In this document: positions 37,639 through 48,050 of the stretch, in pieces | How positions within the stretch are numbered: position 1 is the first letter of the stretch | Layout: the number at the start of each line of letters is the position of its first letter | NCBI GenBank assembly: GCA_010015805.1 | Contig: ML978133.1 | Location: 248,001 to 312,000 of the forward strand | Direction of reading: 5' to 3' | Source of the DNA: Rhizodiscina lignyota | Lineage: Eukaryota | DNA length: 64,000 nucleotides | Position numbers and translations under genes: made by a program | The notes under the pieces: model-generated | Told to the model about the DNA's origin: nothing | The model's database searches: none | What the model saw: only the letters and a program-made list of their open reading frames with translations

Positions 37639-40153
37639 ATGGTGAGGAACCATGAGGGTGTAGGGACGAGGGAGATGGTGGTGCCGCAATCTATTCCACA
37701 GATCAGGATGAGCATCCGCAATATCATTCATGGGCACCTTGACAAATATAAAGATGTAAAACGGGGAGGGCCGGCGAGGCCTGCCACTTTGATTGTCGTT
37801 GAGTTTCATATCCAACACAACAGCGCGTATCAGCGCGTGAGAAGAGCCGAGATCACCGTATCGTTCGCAACATTGCCGGGGGACGATCCTTCGATCAATC
37901 AGGAAGTATATCGCATTGCTCCTAACGGCGGGTACCTTCTGGTATGTTACCGAAGCAATTCTTTTCTCCCTCATCTACTGGAATCAACATAGTGGCATCA
38001 CCTTAGTGTCTGAAGTCTACAATATTTCCAGTTATGATTAGCTGACAAGTTGTACCAAGCTTCCAGATGAAGACCATCCTGGACAATTCAAGCTGGCGAG
38101 AAAAGATAGTTATGCAGATCATCAAGACGAGATAGCAATGTCGGGCTTTGTGAACTTCTCAGCTCACGCCCAGGTCACTAACAATGACTTGGAGAACGCT
38201 GCCACTTGGCAGATCAACGAAAATAAGAAGACGAAAGTGGGAATCCCTAACCTTATCCAGACTGCGCTTTTGCTTCGACCACCTAGTGATGAAGGAAGAC
38301 TCGAAATGGAGCTGCACACCAAACTCATAACATCTGGATTCTCTTTTGAGCCCGCTGCGAGATTTAACCTCCTTAGTAACGAAACCATAAGCTTCGATCC
38401 GAACCTTCAATTCCCGACCTTAGATGGAGTTAATTCCCAGAACCTTGACAATGTCGATCTAGCGATGTTCTTCAAGGCTGTATTCACTCGTCAAGACTCG
38501 ATCACAGCTACAGGTGACACCGAGCAACAAAGGCAAGGTGCCATCCAAACGGCCCTGGGAGCCATAGCACATAAGGAGGCCAAAAAGCAAAGCCGCTCAC
38601 CCCGACCTCCGAGCGCGAAACTCGATGAAAAGATTCAGCCTGGAGAATACTTTTATGCGGAACTGTGGAGCCGTGACTCCACACGTGCGCCAATTACCAA
38701 CAGAACTGTAGCTGTTTCCGGATCGAAATTTGATCCAGAAATTAAAGCGCTAGACAAGACCGTGCTTGAGAAATACTTCTCTTGGGTGCATGAAGACCCG
38801 CCTCTGCCCTCAACGGTAAGACAGATTCAATTTCATGCTTAAATGCACTGGCAAACGGGAATCCAGCGATTGGCATTTGTTGCTCCCCGAAGGTTCGCAC
38901 ATCTCTTTTAAGTTTTGAAAGTAGCTATTTACAACTTGAGGACACTCCAAACACGAAAACAGCATCCCTTACCCTGATGTCCACTTCTTTTGTTCTAACT
39001 TTGGCTGGCTAGGACCGAGATTCGGCCATGCAACCGGAGCCTAAAATGAAAAATATATGTTCCCTGATGTCAGTTCTCAAATATCTGCCTTTAATGGCCG
39101 GTACTAAACGATAATAGTGGACGTCAAGGTGAAACTGCTGGCTGTCAGAATTTGAACGATTTGAATGCCCTCTTCAGTAAGCAAACATGGCTCTCGCTGA
39201 CGGAATTCTTCCAACTACCAACCGAATTTTCCAGTTTCCGTGGGCATGATAGCGGCATCTGGCTGCGAGCGATCTCTAGTCAAGGCCAAGATTTGGCGTA
39301 TTTCTACCAGACCCCATTTTACCCAGAAAAGTTTTGGTCTCTGGTCCTGTTTATCCGTGGAAACTCAACAAACGGAGCTGCTGTACTGCAATCGGACAGC
39401 AAAATAGACTGCCAGGGTGTTCTGCAAAGAGCGAAGGAATATGGCTCCAGGGGCTCACATCCGCTGATAGTACTCGTATTACTTTTCCAAGATCACGTCT
39501 TGGGAACTGCGGATAAATTCAAAGACGTGTCAACGAAAATCCAGGCTATAGATGCCGATCTTCTGGCCGAACTGAAAGCCGCACAGGGCCACAAGACCAA
39601 ACTCAGGGTGTCCGAGTATGGCACGTTAAGCCATCGAATCTACGAGGCTCGGATGGAACTGGTTGAACTTCAGCGACGACGCGAATTTGAAGCCCAAGTT
39701 GGCAAGACTTTAAAGAATGATGTGAAAGAGGAGACATCTCTCATTACCCGTGTGGACATGTTCACGGGACTCTCCGCCAGCCACGAACTCGGCATCCAGA
39801 ACTTTCCCGATAGAATCGAAAGCCAGCGTACGGTTCTGTATAGCTTAATCGCTCAGCAAGATGCCAGAGTTCAGTTCAAGCTAGCCCGAGAAACTACGAA
39901 AGACTCGAAAGCCATGAAGACGCTTGCAGTAATCACCATTCTACTGCTCCCCGGCACGTTCATGGCTACGTTATTTGCCGTTCCGGATCTGATTACGCTC
40001 AAACCCAGAGCGAAAGTCCAGATATACTGTGGGGTTACTGTACCTGCCACTTTTGTGTTGATCGTGTGCTGGTGGCTGTGGGTGCGAAGAAGTGCGTCGC
40101 ACGTACCGGGCGAAGATGAAGAAGCTACGAGGGAGAAGGCGAAATGGCTGTAA
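37639..40153 (+). CDS. Uncharacterised multi-exon protein with a C-terminal CorA-like two-helix membrane domain (probable exons 37639-37941, 38060-38815, 39013-39068, 39118-40153)
   Basis: In-frame GT-AG junctions found by eye; N-terminal RPATLIVVEF..ITVSF..IAP..W.INEN..GIP.LIQTALLL motif string; C-terminal LYSLIAQQDA..DSKAMKTLAVITILLLPGTFMATLF plus a second TM helix. Confidence 0.6.
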
Positions 40154-40837
40154 TTGGAGCTCTGTATCGAGAGGGCTTTTATCTGGGCCAGGTCTATAGA
40201 GGGTTGCTTCCACTGTTCCACAAGAGCTGATTCTGAATTATAGCTAGGCATATCGTGACTCCAATTGTTTCTCTATAAATTATTAAATTGGTTATGCCAT
40301 TGTTGAACTTGCCCAGAAAAGAAATCGGTCAGCAGATTTGTGTGAGAAATTATATAGATATTCTCGCTTACGTCGATAATTAGCAATTGTTCCGAGAACT
40401 CTTACCACTTCCGCTCTATCTTATATATTCTCGATCTGTGCAAAGTCTTCTGGTGAAAAATTAATCTCTCGATTTTAAGGAATAGCATATATAAAATGGT
40501 GTGGCCGGAAGAGTGTATCTATGACCGAGTAAGTTCGCTTGCTTCTTTTGTGCAGCATTAGCTGTAATCCGTATCAAGGCTACGATGCGTCACACTTAAT
40601 TTTCCTGTTCTGGCACTCAGTACCAAACTGCAGTCCCTTATTCTATACCATAGGTTTAATAGAAGTGGGAAGTCTCCTTGCGTCATGGAATCACGTTATA
40701 CTAGCTCTAGTTCGTGGTAAACCTTAGTGGACAAAACCGCCATCATGGTATCTCCACATAGCATAAATACGATGCAAACTTTACTTCATACTCTGCCAGT
40801 CCTAAAACCTTTCCGATCTATTTTCTGTTCCTCCAAA

Positions 40838-41134
40838 ATGGCGCACGACAAAGTCTGGTACTCCCTCAAAAGCAACGTCAACTACGGAAAGGGCCAGCGC
40901 AAATGGTTGCAATCTATAGTACACCATTTTGCAAACTGTGAGCGCTGATTCTTGATCAATAGTCGCGTGGCGGGCGAAAAGGGTAATGGCCTTATTCGCA
41001 AGTATGGCCTGAATATGTCGCGACAGGCTTTCAGGGAGAAAGCTGAAGACATGGGCTGGAAGAAGGTTCGTGTAGAAGCGTACTTTTTGCTGGAAGAGAT
41101 TAGCCATTAACGACGGATTATACAGTATCGATAA
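40838..41134 (+). CDS. RPS29: 40S ribosomal protein S29 (uS14) homolog lacking 3 of 4 zinc-binding cysteines; exons 40838-40905, 40963-41065, 41126-41134; 59 aa
   Basis: Spliced translation [59 protein letters not shown]; exon lengths 68+103+9=180 nt; GT-AG introns with branch-like GCTGAT and [23 protein letters not shown] and RQ.FREKA are uS14 hallmarks. Confidence 0.92.
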
Positions 41135-41629
41135 ACCATGAGGATGGGATGAAGACCCTTGGATAAGAGTGATCATTGAGGATCTTTGGATAGATTGGGA
41201 TAAAACTGGTGAAGCGCGCGACTCGACTAAGCACGTTACCAGCATATTGACCTGTGACGCCTGCTTCAATCAACTGCAGCTTAATCATCTGAATCCCGCA
41301 CACATTGCGACACTTTGTCTAGTTACGTGCAGATTGCCTTTATCCTCTCACGAGCTTTGTGTTTGAATTTTGTGGCCTAGCATAATGATGATCAAGAGCA
41401 TTGTTAATTTGTTAGCATGACATTCCGAGCCTCCAGCCTTGACCATTAGGGTGAGTATCCACAGCATACCATGATGGCTTATTATGTTTGTGTTTGCAAA
41501 AGAGACAGATATGATTGGCCCCTGCCTTACACCATGTTAAGTAAGAAAATATATAAAGCTCTTTCGCGCTGAAGCTTTAATCCACTGTCGCCAGGTGCTG
41601 ACTTCTTGAGCAGCAAGGACGGAGCGAAA

Positions 41630-43472
41630 ATGGTTGCCACGCGATCCATCACGAAGCAGAACAACGTCCTCAAGGTCAAGTCCCTTGCTGTCACGGAAAA
41701 GTCAAAGAGAGAGCAAGTACAGGTATTGCCCGTTACTTTGCTGTCTGGGTTTCTGGTCAGAAGTCCTAGCATCAATCAATGGAGAATACGCTGACAACGA
41801 AAATTCAGGGAAGCGGAAAGACTACACTTTTGCAGCATATCCTACGCAGCAATCATGGCCTACGTATCGCTATGATTGTCAACGATATCGGCTCGTGGGT
41901 CTAGAGCCGCCCACACATAACAGACTTCCACTAACGCAGATTCCCAAGCATCAACGTCGACGCATCTCTCATTCGCAGTACCCATCACCTCACCAAAACA
42001 GAAGAGAAAGTCGTAGCCCTCCAGAACGGCTGCATCTGCTGCACGCTCCGTGGCGATCTACTTGAGGAATTAATCCGTCTCTCTGAGCTCGCCGAGTTCG
42101 ACTATGTCATAATTGAGAGTAGTGGGATCAGCGAGCCAGAGCAAGTTGCTGAGACCTTTGATGCGAGGTTGGCGGAGCAACTAACTATTGTTGGAGGAGC
42201 TGGGGCCGAGGGGAACGGACTGGATGAGGCGACACTTGCTGCGCTCCAGAGGTTAAAGGATGCTGGTGGGCTGGAGAAGTTTGCGAGACTGGATACGACG
42301 GTTACGGTGGTCGATGCTTTTACCATATTTAACGATTTCGACACCGATGAATTGCTGTCCTCACGGCGGGATGACGTTGTCCCCGAAGATGAGCGGACAA
42401 TTTCTGATCTCATGGTCGACCAGATCGAATTCGCCGATGTTATCGTTCTCAACAAAGTGGACATGGTCAGCAAAGACACCAAATGCCGGATCAAAGACCT
42501 CATCAAAAAGTTGAATCACCGCGCCAAGGTGCTGGAGAGTGAGTTCGGTAGGATTGAGGTTGAGCAGATCGTCAACACGGGATTGTTCAATATGGAGCTT
42601 GCGCAGACAGGTTATGGGTGGTTGCAGGATTTGCATGAGATGATGTTGCGAGAGGTTAACGGGAAGAAGACGGTCACACCGAAGCCTGAGACAGAGGAGT
42701 GAGTTTCATTGATGAGATGTTCGAAGCTGTGGGAAAGCTGACAGTGCGGTGCAGATACAATGTGCGCAACTTTGTGTACACTCGTCATCGACCGTTTCAT
42801 CCTCGTCGATTGTTCGAGTTGGTGTATGATAAATTCATCCTGCGACAGCAGTTCGACGATGATGGAGAACTCGAAGACGAGGATGTTCCCGAGGAATGCG
42901 ATGACGATGAAGACGATGAAGACGATGACGACCCCCTTTTCTCTCCCCCAAGCAACGAAACCATTCTCGCCAACAAAGCCGCCCACCCTCTATTTGCAAA
43001 GCTGTTTCGCTCAAAGGGCGAGATATGGTTAGCGACCCGCCCTGACCGCGCCGGCGAATGGTCGCAAGCTGGTGCCATGCTGACCTTACAAGGTGGGCGG
43101 CCTTGGTTCTGCGTCACTGATCCTGTTGAGTGGCAGACGGGAAACAAGGAAATTGATGAATTGGTGGAACACGATATAAAATCTGGTGGTGTCTGGGGTG
43201 ATCGGAGACAGGAATTGGTCTTTATCGGGGAGAATTTGGACATCAAAGGAGTAGAAAAGGAGCTTGATAAATGTCTCTTGAACGACGAGGAGTGGAGAAT
43301 ATGGCAGGGAATCATGATGGATGGTGAAAGGCCGGATGGTGGGGACCAAAGTGAGAAAGAGGTGAAGTTTGAAAGACTGGCTGAGGCATTTGAAGATGTA
43401 TTTCCGGACTGGATTGATGATAGGCATGATCACGATCATACGGACGGTGATCATCCTGGGCATGTCCACTGA
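41630..43472 (+). CDS. COG0523/CobW-family G3E P-loop GTPase (zinc metallochaperone); exons 41630-41755, 41809-41894, 41949-42698, 42755-43472; 559 aa
   Basis: LPVTLLSGFL|GSGKTTLL Walker A, IVND, metal motif GCICC, IIESSG Walker B, DQIEFAD, NKVD, RPFHPRR, RSKG, GDRRQELVFIG, His/Asp tail HDHDHTDGDHPGHVH. Confidence 0.95.
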
Positions 43473-43552
43473 ACATTAGCGACACTGACAAGTCCGCTAA
43501 GATCTGATAACCTACACAAATACACGCACCATCCAACAAGTCTGTTAACCAC

Positions 43553-44673
43553 CTATCTAGGCAGCAATTTGTGATTCTGCTTCCCCCACTTCATCTGATT
43601 ATCCACCTGATCAAACTTCTGTGAATTTGCCGCCTTTGCATAGACCCATTCCCTCGCCCGGCGAGCCACCGCCTCGCTCCTCTGTGCCTTCTTCTCAGCC
43701 AAGACGAGCGCCTGCCGCTGTTGCACCGAAACGCCTAGTATGCTCATCTCTTCACGGCGCGCCAGTTGTCGGCCCGACGGCAGCTGCGGTCCGACGTCCA
43801 GTGGCAACGATTCTGCATCCTCGGAACCCGAGGGCAAAGCTTTCATCGTCGATTCCGCGAGACTCCGTCTCCTGGACGCTTTCTTAGGCGCGGGAGCAGC
43901 ATGTCTCGAGCCGATCACCCTACCAGAGGCGAAGCGGATCTCCGTCGCCGACAGGTTAGTCAGGCGTTCCTGCTCCAGCGCGGCGGCGCCGTCCCCGTCG
44001 ACAGATGGCGGGGTCTCCCAGAAGTCGAGCAGTTCCGGTTCCCTGTCCAAGTTCAAGAGACAGTGTCCCTTGTCTCTCATGTGGCTCTGTATGCTCAGGG
44101 TCGAGGGCTTCGTGGCGCCGCAGTAAAGGCATTCGTGCCACGCCCGGACCTCCGTGGCCAGGTAACCCACGAAGCTCTGCATGTCTATCACCATCTCCGG
44201 GTCTGGGATGAACATCCCATGAGCTGTACGCATGTGCTCGAGGTTCGTTGCAAAGCCAGCGTCGTCGCTTGCGAAGCCCCGGCTGCAGAACAGACATTGG
44301 AAGGGCGATGCGCTTTCCTCGCACTCGTTGTCCGAGGCCTCCTCGTCGCTGCTGCTACTGCTGCTTCTGCTGCTGGTAGATGCCTTGCTGATGTCAACCT
44401 TTTTCTTGATCTGTGTGTCGAACGCATCGAGGGGGATCGGCGGTAATGATGCAATGCGCCGCTTGATGTTGTATACGCTGTTCTGATGTCAATTCTCATG
44501 ATCTAGACCATAGTTGTGTCGGTTTCGACGTACTGCCATGGCTCTTTCATGTGTATGCGCTGCTCCTGCCCATTTTGGAAAGAAATGTGGCACGTAGTGC
44601 ACAAGTAGGTTGTTGATGGGAGTGGGAACGGCGATTGCTCAGCATCCAGGTTGGAGGACGTAGCGCTTAGCAT
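43553..44673 (-). CDS. Rei1/Reh1 (ZNF622)-family C2H2 zinc-finger protein, shortened divergent form; 2 exons (intron 44478-44533); 354 aa
   Basis: CTTCHISF..QRIHMKEPWH|VYNIKRRIASLPPI, CLFC..NLEHMRTAHGMFIP, CLYCG..IQSHMRDKGHC, FASGRVIGSR. Confidence 0.85.
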
Positions 44674-44832
44674 TGCTTCAGTGATAACTAAGGAAAAGAA
44701 GGATCAATTAAGATGTTCGCGACCACAGCGGTGAATTGATTGCTCGTTCCTATTGTCAATCACGATTGAAAAGAGTTGATTGAAGGAAGAAAGCTCACTG
44801 CGGGCGGTGTGATATATACACACGGCAAAGGC

Positions 44833-44847
44833 CGCTAAGGCTTAGCG
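44833..44847. promoter_or_regulatory. Perfect inverted repeat CGCTAAG-G-CTTAGCG upstream of the Rei1-like gene
   Basis: 7-bp arms with a 1-bp spacer, about 160 bp upstream of the ATG and just upstream of a TATATA element (44813-44818). Confidence 0.35.
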
Positions 44848-45177
44848 AACACCCTCCGGTACTTACATACTCTAAAGACATTGTGTTACGCGCGGATGGG
44901 CAATTCCGAGTACATCGTAGACACAGCCGACTGAATTGAGTCATAATTAGTGGTTGGAGGACTTGCGAGGCTAACTGCAGGCAGAGTTGGATATCAAACT
45001 TATGTCTCAGAATGATTCATTCGCACTACTGCACAGCCATGGGATGGGACCCACAAACTTCCACATTAGGAATGGCGTTGCTCCACGCCGCGATAAATAT
45101 GGGGTTCTAAACTGGGTTCCGCTTCCGACAGACGCTCTTTGCGGAGAATATATTAATTAATTACTTCGAAAGAATAG

Positions 45178-47492
45178 TTACAGCTCTACAAATTCCCTCC
45201 GCAAGATTTCGTCGGCTTTGATCATGTCCAGATACTTGCCCACCTTCTCAGTCATGACTTCCCTTTCGTACCCGAAGAGCTTGTATACCAATTTTCCAGG
45301 GAGGCTGTGTCCGAAGCTCTTCATGCTAATACTCGCATCTGCGTAGCGCTCCCAGCCATTCGACACATAAGGCTCAATGACTACTGCAGGTACACCCTTG
45401 TGCCGTTGCAAGACTTGCCGCTTGTAGTCAACAGGCTGCGCTTCAAACAATCGTTGGCAGGGGAAGCTAACGACTCGTGCTCGAACTCCTCTTGTCTTAT
45501 TCAGATCCTCTGCAACTTCAAGTGCAAACGACAATTCTGCACCTACGCCGATGATAGTAATATCTGCGGGTTCAGAGCCCGGGGCTTCTTCTAAGACGTA
45601 TGCGCCACGCCTAACACTCTCGCGCTTGGTTTGCGTAAGTTGAGGAAGCGCGTGTCTCGATGTCGAAATGATAGTCGGAGTATTCTTCGATTCAATAGCC
45701 ATGACCCAAGCGCCAGCAGTCTCCTCGCTGTCGCCCGGTCGGATGTAGAAGAGATTAGGCATGGCTCGATATAGCGCAGCCAGCTCGATGGGCTGGTGCG
45801 TGGGTCCATCCTCTCCCATACCAATCGAGTCATGCGTTGCGGCATGTATTACTTGTAGCCTCTGGAGAGCTCCCATTCTGACAGCAGGTGCAGCGTAGAG
45901 GTAGAACATGAAGAATGAGCTGGTGACCGGAATGATTGTGTTAGGGGAGAAAGCCGCAAGTCCGTTCGATATGGCTGCCATGGCGTGCTCGCGTACGCCA
46001 TAGTGAACATATCGGCCTTGATATGTCCCGTCCAGACCACACGTGGTCCTAAGGTCCGGATGCTGGAATGCAATTTTGTCTGGATATGCCATATGCACGG
46101 ATGGCGACAAGTCTGCCGTACCAACCATAAAACTCTTCACCTTTGCTGCCACCGGTTTGAAAACAAGCCCCGAGGCTGCTCGGGACGCTGTGGGTTTGCT
46201 TGGAAAACTTTCTGGAATGAGCTTCTGCCAATCCTTGGGCAGCTCTCCTCTCATTCGGCTTTTAAACTCTTCGGCTAGCTCCGGATGCGTTTGTGTGTAT
46301 TCCTCAAGAAGCTTGTTCCAGCTCTTGACGTGTTCTTCTCCACGCGATGGGCATTCTGCGAAGAAGTTGCGCACAGCATCGCTGATGATGAAGTGCTTAT
46401 CAGGATCCAAGCCATACAATCGCTTCATATTTGCGACATCTTCCACACCAAATGGCGCACCGTGTGCAACACCTTGGCCAGCGACCTTGCTTCCGAGACC
46501 AATGATGGTCCTGATGTTGATGAAAGTTGGCTTGTCCTTTGAGCGGCGTGCGCGTTCTAAAGCGTCTACTATGCCACGGATATCGAAGCAACCATCTTCA
46601 ACATCGATAACATCCCAACCACAAGCTCGCATCTTCATGTTGACGTCTTCAGAAAATGTGATGTCCGTTGTGCCATCACAGGTCACCCCGTTGTTGTCGA
46701 ACATAACTGTAAGATTGTTGAGTTTCCAATGTCCCGCCAGTGAAATTGCTTCTAATGCTACTCCTTCTTGCAGACAAGCATCCCCTATCATACACCATGT
46801 ATGGTTCGAAACGACATCGAATCCGGGGCGATTGAAGGTGGCACCGAGGTGCTTCGTAGCGGCAGCCAGGCCAACGGCGTTTGCAATACCTTGACCAAGT
46901 GGGCCCGTAGTAACTTCAATTCCCTCGTGCTCTATCTCTGGATGGCCAGGACAAGGGCTGTCAACCCGATCGGAATGGTATGACTGCAGGTCCTCCAGCG
47001 ACATTGCTTTGTAGCCTGTCAGATGGAGAAATGTATACTGGAAGAGACATGCATGGCCTACACGACGATATCAGCCGCCCAATCTCACATTACAGGCGTG
47101 GTGATAACAGACCATTCGAAAGGACAAATCGATCCCGATTAAAGTAGTCTGGAGTGTGCGGAGCATATTTCATTGCATACTTCCACAGTGCAACACCAAT
47201 CGCTGCCATTCCAATGGCACCTCTTTGGAAACAAGTCAGCCTTCACAACTTTCAACGATTGTAGAGGAAATTTGCAAACTAACCCTGGATGGCCCATATT
47301 AAACTGCTGGCAGAGGTCCGCAATTAAAATCCTGAACGTCTCCAAAACGTGTTCCTCCTCTTTCGTCAACGAGTTTGGGGCTTTAGCCTCCAGATTGCGC
47401 TCCTGCTTGAGGCCATTGACGACAGCATCGCCATACGCCTTGTGGCCATTTGTGTCCGCAGGTGCGGTGGTTTGACTTGTCTGAATTGCCAT
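45178..47492 (-). CDS. Transketolase, dihydroxyacetone synthase (formaldehyde transketolase)-like subgroup, 3 exons
   Basis: CQQFNMGHPG, NRDRFVLSNG|HACL, GHPE, TTGPLGQG, TPP motif GDACLQEG...DNN, YGVREHAM, THDSIGMGEDGPTHQPIE. Confidence 0.93.
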
Positions 47493-48050
47493 TGTATGTC
47501 AAAGTTATGTCTCTGCGTGAAGCCGACAAGGAAAGGAGTTTGCGAGACATCGAGCTCGTTTTGAAGGTCTCTTCGATGTCTGCCATTGACTTTCCGCATC
47601 TTCTGCATACCCTCTCGGACCGTGTCTGTGGAGGAGGTTTCTTACCGAAGTCGGTCGGCCGCGGCACTGGCATCACCACTCTCTGGGAAAGGCAGTTCGA
47701 GGCACAGTGGTCAAAGGTGGAGTTGGTGGCTAAGTTGCTGTTTTGGGATGGGTGGAAATAAACCGGCAACAACCCCTGTAACGCCTCCGCCGAGGGGTCC
47801 CCGACGACCCTTAGACATCAGTGTGTAGCAATCCGATGGACGAAAGAAGGTGTTCGGTATGGAGGTAAGCGAGCGTTCGAACTCTTCTGCTTGAAGTGAG
47901 GTGCCGGCTCTGGTTTCCTTGTGCGGAACGATGTGCTCATTATCCCAAAGTTCACTCGCCAAGTTCCATTTTCTGTACTTTTGATTTCCATTTCACAGAC
48001 CTTTCCTCTTCATTGCCTTCTCTCATTGTGTTTATATATTCTTTGAAATA

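Noticed and set aside
40727..40948. ORF-track 73-aa ORF ending ...[21 protein letters not shown]
   Set aside because: It is exon 1 of the RPS29 homolog with upstream sequence and read-through into intron 1; the real product needs splicing
40838..41134. Reading the uS14 gene as a pseudogene, or as mitochondrial or bacterial S14
   Set aside because: Intact frame, splice signals and start context, with conserved rRNA-contact residues; length and N-terminus are cytosolic RPS29 type
42850..42935. GAT/GAC-rich repeats, plus RGG-coding repeats near 14020-14100 and 19060-19170
   Set aside because: Low-complexity coding sequence (acidic or RGG tracts), not independent repeat elements
46043..46894. 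283-aa + strand ORF
   Set aside because: Antisense to the transketolase coding sequence
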